Positions 26,741 to 35,512 of a DNA stretch of 64,000 nucleotides are shown piece by piece. The DNA comes from Phycisphaerae bacterium (lineage in GTDB: Bacteria; Planctomycetota; Phycisphaerae; UBA1845; Fen-1342). Position 1 is the stretch's first letter; each line of letters starts with the position of its first letter. The DNA lies in the NCBI GenBank assembly GCA_963675745.2, contig CAXXWX010000016.1:64001-128000 (forward strand), in the 5' to 3' direction. The notes under the pieces are model-generated. The model did no database searches, was not told the DNA's origin, and saw only the letters and a program-made list of their open reading frames with translations. A program made the translations under genes and the position numbers.

Positions 26741-29230
26741 ATGAAGCTTACACACCTCGCAACCGTAATCTGCGCTCTTGCCTCTCTTACCATTGCTGCT
26801 TCCGCCGCTGAGAGCGCCCCCCTGCACGGCGGCGATGTGGCGCGCGTCGCGGCGTTTCCGGATGCGGGGAGCCGGGATATTGACGCACCAGACGAGCTGG
26901 GACGCACGCCGTTGCACGTGGCCGTCGCTTCGGCGCGCCTCAAAATCGTCGGGCAACTGATCGCACGCGGCGCCGATGTCAACGCCCGCGATCAGCACGG
27001 CGACACACCGCTACACATCGCGGCGCGCCGCGCCGCATTGCCGTATGTGGAGACGCTGCTGGCGGCCGGCGCTGACGCCAGCGCCGCCAACAACGCCGGA
27101 CTCACGCCCTTGCACGTGCTCGGGTCGTCGGCGCGCGCCGATGGCGACGCGCTGCACGCCCTGCTGACGACCGTCGCCGCCCGGTTGGTCGCCGCCGGCG
27201 CCGATCCCGCGATCATCGCCGACGGATTCCCCGGCATCGAGCCGATCGAAACGGGCGGTGGCACCAGCACGCGCGACACGTGGACCGACTACGCCGAGAT
27301 CGGCCCGACCTTGCTTGGGTATGAAGCCAACTATCCGACCATCTGTCAGCGTTACACGCTGGGACAAAGCTATCAGGGCCGCGAACTCTGGGCGATCAAG
27401 ATCTCCGACAACGTCGGCACCGAAGAAGACGAGCCGGAATTCGCCTACATCTCGACGATGCACGGCGACGAGATCGTCGGCGTGAAAATGTGCATGCTGC
27501 TGATCGAGGATATGCTGACGAACTACGGCACCGATCCGCAGATTACTAACCTCATCGACAACGTCGAGATCTGGATCGTGCCACTGATGAACCCCGACGG
27601 CTACGATCGCGTCTCGCGCACCCGCTACAACGCTCAAGGCTACGACCTCAACCGCAGTTTCCCCGACCTCGGCGAGTCGAACGACCCGAACGGCTACCCC
27701 ACCGAGGTGGCGATCATGATGAACTGGCACGCCGGTCAGGCGATCGTCCTGGCCGCAAACTTCCACGGCGGGGCGCTGGTCGTCAACTACCCGTTTGACA
27801 GCGAGCAGACCGGCTCGCGCTACTCAGACTACCAGAACCTGATGGTTGATATCAGCGAGGCCTACTCGATCCACAATCCGCCGATGTGGAACAGCTCGAC
27901 GTTCTATCACGGCATCACCAACGGCGCCGACTGGTACATCATCGACGGTGGCATGCAGGACTACTCCTGGTACTTCCACGGCTGTACCGAGGTCACCATC
28001 GAGCTTGATAACACGAAGCAGCCGCCGGCGTCGGAGATCGGCCAATTCTGGAGCGACAACCGCGACGCGATGCTCGCCTACATGGAGAAGTGCCTGATCG
28101 GCGTGCGCGGCATCGTGACAGATGCGACCACCGGCGACCCGCTCGCCGCCACCATCACCGTAACCGATCGCTACCAGAACCTTCGCACGGACCCCGATGT
28201 GGGTGACTATCACCGCATCTTGCTGCCCGGAACCTATGAATTGCACTTTGAAGCGGATGGCTATGACCCGTATGTCGCATCGGGCGTCGTTGTCGGAGCC
28301 GGAGCGGCGACGCAACTCGACGTCGCCCTGGGACTTCCGCCGGAGGTCGTCTCCCCCAACGGTGGCGAGACACTGGCGACCGGCACCCCCACAACCGTCA
28401 CGTGGACCGGCAGCCCGACGGCGCAGTTCCATGTCCAGTACACGGCCAACTACGGGGATATAAGCGGTGGCACCGACGGGTTCGAGCGCGACTCGCTGGG
28501 CGCGAATTACACAACCGGCGGCGATCGGACCTGGATAACCACAATGAGCAGTTCACACGCCGGCCTGTATTCCGCGCGTGCCGGTGAGATAGACGACAGC
28601 CAGGAGTCATGGATGACGCGCAGTGCATCCGGCGGGGATGTCGGGTTCTGGTATCGCGTCAGCAGTGAGAGTGGCTATGACTACTTCAATTTCTACGTGG
28701 ACGACATGCGCGAGATTCACGCGTCCGGCGAATCGGGCTGGACGTACTACTCGACGACACTCAGTCCGGGCACATACGAGTTGAAGTGGGAGTATACCAA
28801 GGACGTCAACACGTCGAATGGAAGCGATACTGCATGGGTCGATGAACTGGAGATCTCGTCCGACAACACAACTTGGACCGATATTATCGCACTGACCGGC
28901 GTTGGAGACACCTCAACACCCTGGACACCTTCCACGGAGACCAGTGATTGTCGAGTACGGGTCCGCGCGAATTACGGCCCCGGTGCCTATGGTGTCTGGG
29001 ATACCAGCGACGCCGACTTCACTGTGGCGGCGGCGGGGCAGGTTGGTGACCTGAATTGCGACGGGCAGATCAACAACGCGGACATAGACCCGTTTGTGTT
29101 GGCGATCACCGATCCGGCGACTTATGGGACGCTATATCCTGAATGTGATATCAACTACGGTGATTGCAACGACGACGGCCTCGTCAACAACGCCGACATT
29201 GACTCATTCGTGGCACTGTTGTCATCGTAG
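26741..29230 (+). CDS. Secreted ankyrin-repeat + M14 zinc carboxypeptidase (CPD/E-like) + dockerin-like protein
   Basis: Ankyrin GRTPLH/GDTPLH/GLTPLH; M14 motifs MHGDE, NPDG, RYN..DLNR.FP, NFHGG, ITNGADWY, GGMQD, TIEL; transthyretin-like domain; dockerin-like end. Confidence 0.88.
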   Translation: MKLTHLATVICALASLTIAASAAESAPLHGGDVARVAAFPDAGSRDIDAPDELGRTPLHVAVASARLKIVGQLIARGADVNARDQHGDTPLHIAARRAALPYVETLLAAGADASAANNAGLTPLHVLGSSARADGDALHALLTTVAARLVAAGADPAIIADGFPGIEPIETGGGTSTRDTWTDYAEIGPTLLGYEANYPTICQRYTLGQSYQGRELWAIKISDNVGTEEDEPEFAYISTMHGDEIVGVKMCMLLIEDMLTNYGTDPQITNLIDNVEIWIVPLMNPDGYDRVSRTRYNAQGYDLNRSFPDLGESNDPNGYPTEVAIMMNWHAGQAIVLAANFHGGALVVNYPFDSEQTGSRYSDYQNLMVDISEAYSIHNPPMWNSSTFYHGITNGADWYIIDGGMQDYSWYFHGCTEVTIELDNTKQPPASEIGQFWSDNRDAMLAYMEKCLIGVRGIVTDATTGDPLAATITVTDRYQNLRTDPDVGDYHRILLPGTYELHFEADGYDPYVASGVVVGAGAATQLDVALGLPPEVVSPNGGETLATGTPTTVTWTGSPTAQFHVQYTANYGDISGGTDGFERDSLGANYTTGGDRTWITTMSSSHAGLYSARAGEIDDSQESWMTRSASGGDVGFWYRVSSESGYDYFNFYVDDMREIHASGESGWTYYSTTLSPGTYELKWEYTKDVNTSNGSDTAWVDELEISSDNTTWTDIIALTGVGDTSTPWTPSTETSDCRVRVRANYGPGAYGVWDTSDADFTVAAAGQVGDLNCDGQINNADIDPFVLAITDPATYGTLYPECDINYGDCNDDGLVNNADIDSFVALLSS

Positions 29231-29689
29231 GCTTGTACCCGCTCGGCACCACGCGCGGCTCGCAGTCCCAACCGGCCCGCCGTATGCGCCGTGCCTCTCA
29301 CAACGCGGCCGATAATCACTACACCAGCTCATAATGCGCGCAGGTGTTGCTCAACCGCACACGGCACGTGGCGCGGAGACCCGATGGGATTCAGGTGCGC
29401 ACCCAACGCTGTGTCACAGGCTGCGCGGCGTAGTCGCGCGCATAGATAAAGCGGCAGCGCCTAACGCCCGATAGCGCTTGCACTCGCGTGCGCAAGTGCA
29501 TAGATTAGGGGCACGGACGATTATAAACACATACACATCCAAGCTGATGACCGGCCCAGGCGCAGAGCCGCAGTGGGGTGAGGGTGAAGCTAGCAGTCTC
29601 AGCGGTGACATGGAGTTTGAGCAAGCTGCCCGAGTAAGGGTCCCGGGCCGATGCCTACGTACGTTGTATCCATGGCAGGAGGGCATGTA

Positions 29690-32600
29690 ATGCCAATGAT
29701 TACCAGACGACTGATCACAGGTTGTGCAGTGCTGTGTTGCGCCGCGATTGCGTACGGCGCTGGCCCGGGTGCTCTCAAGGCGGCACCGGACAAGGTGAAG
29801 GAGCCGGCACTGCCCAGTGTCAATGCACAGGGCGTCGTAAGCCAACCGGTCACGCGCGATTGCACGCCGCCCGCTGTGGCCATGGACATCACAATTGTGA
29901 CTGACGACTACCCCACCGAGACAACCTGGGAGGTGGCCTACCAGGACAGCGGGACGGTGATAGCCCAGGGCGGCCCGTTCGACACCGGCGGCACCACGTA
30001 CGAGGCCGAGGTGTGTGTCGATCCGACCGGCTGCTACAAGTTCACCATCTACGACACCTACGGCGACGGGATTTACGATCCCGGGGGCTACTCGGTTGAA
30101 TTCGACGGCACACTGCTTTACTCGAACATCGGCAGCGGATGGGATGGCTTTGACCAGACCATCGAGTTCATCGGCGACGGCTGTGCCCCCCCTGATGGCG
30201 CTTGCTGCGTCGAGGGTGATTGCGTTGCCACGAACACCGAACTGGACTGCACCAATCTCGGCGGCGACTGGTTCGAGGGTGAGGACTGCGCCAACTTCAC
30301 CGGCTGCCCGCAGCCACCGACCTGCCCTGGCGATTCGCTCTTCGGCCAACGCGCTGTAGAGCCCGACGACTCCTGGTCCTTCGGCACGAGTGAAGTCGAT
30401 GCCAACGGCACCAACTACTTCCGCGCCGAATCGTTCACCGATACGCTCGGCGACATTTGCGACATCCACTGGTGGGGCCTCCAGCTCTACAACAGTGGCG
30501 TCGGCTGGGCCAACTGCACGGACAGCGATCCGACCTTTGAGATCAAGTTCTATCGCGATACGCTCGGCGCCCCGGGAGCGGAGATCGCCTCATACATGGT
30601 CCAGCCGGTAATCGTCCCGACGGGCCTGATATTCGACAACGGCACGCCGTTCGAGATGCTCTATTTCAGCGTAGACCAGCTCACACCGTGTCTCATGTTG
30701 GCCGACCACCGCGGTGCCGGATGGGTCTCGATCCAGGGGTATGGTGATACGACCTGCTGGTTCCTCTGGGCCAACTCGCCCTTCGGTGACGGCAGCTCGT
30801 ACCTCACCACCGATGGCACGGTGGGGTCCTACCTGTACGACAACTCCGTCTGCCTGACCGGTGCGTACACTCCCCAGACCGGCGCGTGCTGCATTGACGG
30901 AACCGCGACGTGTACCGAGACCGTTGAGCTGATCGACTGCATCACGCAAGGTGGCCGCTTTGTCGCCGGCACGTGTGCCGATTTCAACCCGCCCTGCGGC
31001 GAGCTCCCCGGCGCTTGCTGTCATCCCGACGGCACGTGCGAGGTTATCCCCGAGCTGAACTGTGCCGATTCGTGGCTGGGCCCCGAGACCACCTGCGATA
31101 TGTGCCCCTGCGTGGTTCCCTGCCCGCCGGGCGTTCAGGACGAGCAGGAAGCCTGTGGCGCTGACACCAACGGCGGCTGCCTTCTGGACGTCCCCGCCTT
31201 TGAGGATCTCAAGTGCGGCGACACTTTCTGCGGCACAATCTGGGCGGCCAATGGCACGCGCGATACTGACTGGTACGAAGTGATCACAACCGAGGACAAT
31301 GTCTTCACGATGACGATGGAGGCCGAGTTCCCGGTGGTCTTTGGTCTCGTTGAGCAGATTCTGTCGGGTGATCCGAACGGCCAGGGATGCGACAACATCA
31401 CCGGCAACGTCAACCCGTACACGCTGGCTGGTGAGTGCGAGCAATTGGATGTGGTCACGGATTGTCTGCCCGCGGGCACCTACTGGTTCTTCGTGAGCCA
31501 CCAGGACTACTATGACGCGCCGTGTGACGCGAACAACCCGGGTAACCACTACGTGTTCTCCTTTGACTGCGCCCCGTGCGTTGTGCCGACCGGGGCCTGC
31601 TGCCTGCCGAATGGCGACTGCGCCGACGACCAGACCGAAGATGCCTGTCTGAATCAGGGCGGCACCTATCAGGGCGATGACACGGACTGCGCAAACGTGA
31701 ACTGCCCGCAACCGCCACCCAATGATGAATGTCAGAACGCCGAACCGATTACGGTTCTGCCGGGTGGTATAGCCAGTGTGATGGCCGACAACTCGTTGGC
31801 GACCGACGACGGCGCGCCAACCTGTGGCACCAGCAGCCCGGGCCACGGCATGTGGTACGTCATCACCGGCACGGGCAACACGATTACCGCGACCACCTGC
31901 TCGGCCAACACCAACTTCGACACCAAGCTCCAGGTATTCGGTGACTGCCCGCCGACCTTGTGCGTGGGTGGTGATGATGACGATCCAAACTGCCTGTCCA
32001 GCTCGCTGCAATCCACGTACTCGTGGTGCTCTGAAGCCGGCGCCACGTATTACATCCACGTCGGCGGATACAGCGCGAACATTGGCGTGTTTGAGCTGTT
32101 CGTGCTGGATGATGGCGTCGTTTGTCAGGCACCGCTCGGTCGTTGCTGCTACGATGACCCGGTGCAGTGCCTGGTCAACACGGCCTCCGAGTGCGCCGAC
32201 CTGACCGGATTGTGGATCGAAGGCCTCGATTGCAACACCCCGTGCCCCGAACCGTTCGCCGAGGATTGTGATGCGGCCACGGTGGTCGGTGCGCTGCCCT
32301 TCGTCGTATCCTTCAACAACGATTCCGCCGTGGCCGACGGCCCGGAAGGCATGTGCGACAAGTACTATCCCACCACTTCCGGGCTGATGCAGAACGACGC
32401 CTGGTATGTCTGGACCGCGGCGGAAGACTGCTTCGCAACCGCGACGGTCTCGGGTGGCTACGACATCATCCTGGTAATCCGCGACAATTGCGTGGACTTG
32501 ACTGAGCTCTATTGCGCCGACGCCGGCGCCACGGGCGAGGACGAGGTGCTCGAATTCGCGGCGACCGCCGGCAGTACGTATTACTTCCAGATCGGCGATA

Positions 32601-33856
32601 CCGGGTCGTTTGAGGGCGGCGGTTCAACGTTGTTCTCGCTGACCTGCTCGTCCGGTCAGGGTGCCTGCTGCTTCTATGGCGGCGACTGCCAGGTATTGTC
32701 CGGCGCCGACTGCGCCGCCGCCGGTGGCGACTACCAGGGCGACGGCACGCTCTGCGATCCGAATCCTTGCCCGCTGCCGTGTGTCGAGTGTCCGCCCGGT
32801 GCCCTGGACGAGGGCGAACCCTGCGGCGAGGACACGAACGGCGGCTGCCTTTCGGATCCGAACGCGCCGATCGTCGTGTCAATCGCCTGTGGCGACACCG
32901 TGTGCGGCACGGCCTGGGCCGAGGGCGGCACGCGCGACACAGACTGGTACGAGATCGTCACGACCGAGCCGGCTATCTTCACGATGTCTGTCGAGGCCGA
33001 GTTCGAGGTGGTCTTCGGCCCCCTCGAGAGCAACAACCCCGGCTCCGGCGACTGCGCCGATCTCACCGGGTATGTCAGCCCGTACGCGACCGCGGCCGCC
33101 TGCGAGGAAGGTGTCAGCGTCACGTCGCTGTGTCTCCCCGCCGGCACGCACTGGTTCTTCGTCGGCCCAACGGTCTACGATGGTATCCCGTGTACCGCGG
33201 GCGAGATCAACTACGTGATGACGATCACCTGCGAGTCGTGCGAGGTCGATCCATATTGCCCGGCTTCGGGCGGTTGCGATGAGTATATCGAGAACGTCTC
33301 GATCATCCCGATCGACAACACCACGGCCTGTGAGGGCTATGCGGCGTTTCTTGACCAGAAGACCCGCATGGTCCCGGGCAACTCCTACTCGATCGAAGTC
33401 CTGGTCGGCAACGCCTACACTTCCGACCTGGTCAACGTATGGATCGACTGGGATCAGGACCATGACCTGCTGGACGAGACCGCTGTGGCCCTGACCAGTG
33501 GCGGCACTGATCTGTTCACCGGCATGATCGATTGTCCGGCCGCCGCGTTGCCCGGCGACACGCGCATGCGTGTGCGCCTCGAGTACTCATCCAGCGTCGG
33601 ACCTTGTGGTGCATCCGAATACGGCGAGGTTGAGGACTACACCGTGAACGTCGGGCAATACGAGCTCGGTGACATGAACTGCGACGGTTGGGTCAACAAC
33701 GGCGACATTGACGCGTTTCTGTTGGCGCTTGACGACTATGCCGCATATGTCGCCGAGTACCCCTGTGACAACGCGGACTGCAATCTCGACGGCGTCGTGG
33801 ACAATGCCGACATCGACCCGTTCGTGATCGCGCTGATCGCCGCGAACCTGTACTAG
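29690..33856 (+). CDS. Large secreted Cys-rich repeat protein with GEVED domain and dockerin-like tag
   Basis: SD ggagg and ATG 29690; GACC motifs; internally duplicated module; YGEVEDYTV; GDMNCDGWVNNGDID. Confidence 0.8.
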   Translation: MPMITRRLITGCAVLCCAAIAYGAGPGALKAAPDKVKEPALPSVNAQGVVSQPVTRDCTPPAVAMDITIVTDDYPTETTWEVAYQDSGTVIAQGGPFDTGGTTYEAEVCVDPTGCYKFTIYDTYGDGIYDPGGYSVEFDGTLLYSNIGSGWDGFDQTIEFIGDGCAPPDGACCVEGDCVATNTELDCTNLGGDWFEGEDCANFTGCPQPPTCPGDSLFGQRAVEPDDSWSFGTSEVDANGTNYFRAESFTDTLGDICDIHWWGLQLYNSGVGWANCTDSDPTFEIKFYRDTLGAPGAEIASYMVQPVIVPTGLIFDNGTPFEMLYFSVDQLTPCLMLADHRGAGWVSIQGYGDTTCWFLWANSPFGDGSSYLTTDGTVGSYLYDNSVCLTGAYTPQTGACCIDGTATCTETVELIDCITQGGRFVAGTCADFNPPCGELPGACCHPDGTCEVIPELNCADSWLGPETTCDMCPCVVPCPPGVQDEQEACGADTNGGCLLDVPAFEDLKCGDTFCGTIWAANGTRDTDWYEVITTEDNVFTMTMEAEFPVVFGLVEQILSGDPNGQGCDNITGNVNPYTLAGECEQLDVVTDCLPAGTYWFFVSHQDYYDAPCDANNPGNHYVFSFDCAPCVVPTGACCLPNGDCADDQTEDACLNQGGTYQGDDTDCANVNCPQPPPNDECQNAEPITVLPGGIASVMADNSLATDDGAPTCGTSSPGHGMWYVITGTGNTITATTCSANTNFDTKLQVFGDCPPTLCVGGDDDDPNCLSSSLQSTYSWCSEAGATYYIHVGGYSANIGVFELFVLDDGVVCQAPLGRCCYDDPVQCLVNTASECADLTGLWIEGLDCNTPCPEPFAEDCDAATVVGALPFVVSFNNDSAVADGPEGMCDKYYPTTSGLMQNDAWYVWTAAEDCFATATVSGGYDIILVIRDNCVDLTELYCADAGATGEDEVLEFAATAGSTYYFQIGDTGSFEGGGSTLFSLTCSSGQGACCFYGGDCQVLSGADCAAAGGDYQGDGTLCDPNPCPLPCVECPPGALDEGEPCGEDTNGGCLSDPNAPIVVSIACGDTVCGTAWAEGGTRDTDWYEIVTTEPAIFTMSVEAEFEVVFGPLESNNPGSGDCADLTGYVSPYATAAACEEGVSVTSLCLPAGTHWFFVGPTVYDGIPCTAGEINYVMTITCESCEVDPYCPASGGCDEYIENVSIIPIDNTTACEGYAAFLDQKTRMVPGNSYSIEVLVGNAYTSDLVNVWIDWDQDHDLLDETAVALTSGGTDLFTGMIDCPAAALPGDTRMRVRLEYSSSVGPCGASEYGEVEDYTVNVGQYELGDMNCDGWVNNGDIDAFLLALDDYAAYVAEYPCDNADCNLDGVVDNADIDPFVIALIAANLY

Positions 33857-33892
33857 ACCGCGGCCAAGCCGCATATGCAACTCGGCAACAAC

Positions 33893-33936
33893 GCGTGGCG
33901 GCCGGCGCTTATCGAGCACCGGCCGCCACGCTCTTT
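33893..33936 (+). terminator. Intrinsic terminator-like hairpin
   Basis: gcgtggcggccgg / ccggccgccacgc 13-bp perfect stem followed by tcttt, 36 nt after the stop codon. Confidence 0.65.
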
Positions 33937-34078
33937 GCATCGCCTTGTGCAACATCAATGCGACGCATCGTCGCCGAATCGCGACCCGCCGGCGTTTTTC
34001 TCACATGTCAACCTAACTCCAGTCGGCTAAGGGCTATCCCGCGCATGATGACAGCCCAATGACAGGCTGTTGACACGG

Positions 34079-34087
34079 TTATCCACA
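34079..34087 (+). promoter_or_regulatory. Consensus DnaA box
   Basis: TTATCCACA in the intergenic region upstream of the RdgC-like gene. Confidence 0.55.
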
Positions 34088-34173
34088 CACGCGCGCGTTG
34101 ACCGGCGGCAGCCACGACTCTAGGCTCGCCCGCTTGGCGGATCACTCTGAAACTCTGACAGACGAGGACTCTT

Positions 34174-35358
34174 GTGGCGCTTACTTCCGGTCCGATTTCG
34201 TTTCAGCGGTTCAACGTGGACGGCGCATTGCCAGCCGATGTCGACGACAGGTTTGTCGCGGCGCTGAACCGGCACACTTTCGGCAAGCTGGCAACACTCG
34301 AGGACGGCACGCAGCTCGGTTGGATTGGTCCCGGGCATCTCTTCGAGAACGAAATCGTCGCCGAACGCATTGCGTGGGGACGCTTCGCTCTGTTCGCGCT
34401 GCGGGTGGACAAGTCGCAAGTGCCCGGCAACGTGCTCAAGAGCTATGTGCGTTTGGAGGAGGACATGGCGCTGGCCGCCAGCGGCCGCGACTACCTAAGC
34501 CGTGGTCAGAAGCGCGACGCCAAGGAAGCCGCCCTGCTGCGCGCCCAACAGGAGCTCAAGGACGGCGCGTTTCGCCGAATGAACTCCTACCCGCTGCTGG
34601 TCGATCTGGAGCACCGGCGCGTCTACTTCGCCAGCCACAGCCGCGCGCTGGCCGACCATCTGGTGCGCTTGTTCACCGACACGTTTGGCGGTGTCCTCCA
34701 GGTCGCGACTCCCGAAGTTGTCGCCCGGCGTATCTGCAGCGCGGGCGGCCGCGACCACGTGCTCGACAGCCTGACCCCTTTTCGCCTGGTTAAACCGCCG
34801 ACAAACATCGACGAATCCGCGGGCGTTATCTCGACAGACCTCGATTTCCTGGGCAAGGAGTTTCTCACCTGGCTGTGGTACCAGACCGACGACGATGGTG
34901 GGCCGCTCAAGCTGCGCGGTGGTGACGATGTAGCTGTCATGATCGATCGCACGCTCCGTCTCAAGTGTGACTTCGACGTAACCGGAACCGACGTGATAAC
35001 CGCCGACGGCCCGACCAACCTGCCGGAAGCCCGCGCGGCGTTGGCTGTAGGTAAGCAGCCGACCAAAATGGGCCTGATCGTCGGCAGCCCGTCCGGCGAA
35101 TTCCGGCTGACGCTCGATGGTCCGCGGTTCACCGTGTCCGGACTGGTGCTGCCGGAAGGTGAGGCGGAATTGGACGCGCGGGCGCGGGTGGAAGAGAGAT
35201 TCGAGCTGGTTGCCGACGCCGCCGATCTGATCGACGCCCTGTACGAATTGTTCATATTGCGCCGAACCTCGCGCGAGTGGGCGCGCGACCTGCGACGTAT
35301 ATCGGACTGGGCTGCGGGCAGACGTTCGCAGAACGCGGCGCGCGCGGCCTCGGCCTAA
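34174..35358 (+). CDS. RdgC-like recombination-associated DNA-binding protein
   Basis: FQRF, GWIGP, FALRVDKxxVP and FLGKEFLTWLWY motifs recalled from RdgC-related proteins. Confidence 0.6.
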   Translation: MALTSGPISFQRFNVDGALPADVDDRFVAALNRHTFGKLATLEDGTQLGWIGPGHLFENEIVAERIAWGRFALFALRVDKSQVPGNVLKSYVRLEEDMALAASGRDYLSRGQKRDAKEAALLRAQQELKDGAFRRMNSYPLLVDLEHRRVYFASHSRALADHLVRLFTDTFGGVLQVATPEVVARRICSAGGRDHVLDSLTPFRLVKPPTNIDESAGVISTDLDFLGKEFLTWLWYQTDDDGGPLKLRGGDDVAVMIDRTLRLKCDFDVTGTDVITADGPTNLPEARAALAVGKQPTKMGLIVGSPSGEFRLTLDGPRFTVSGLVLPEGEAELDARARVEERFELVADAADLIDALYELFILRRTSREWARDLRRISDWAAGRRSQNAARAASA

Positions 35359-35512
35359 GACTGGCACTGCACGGCCGGGATGCCGGCGTGGGCGTGGCGC
35401 GTGTGATATTGCGTCCAGCGCCGATTTCGGCGACACTCCTTCGCACTGGCAGTGACACGTTTTCCGCCCGGCACCCTCGCTGCGCCGGACGACCAGTCTC
35501 CACCTGGGAGTT

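Noticed and set aside
29231..29689. Riboswitch or ncRNA in the long leader; short words shared with 17890-17965 and 49375-49395
   Set aside because: No recognisable aptamer consensus, and the shared words are short and not collinear. An Rfam search would be needed.
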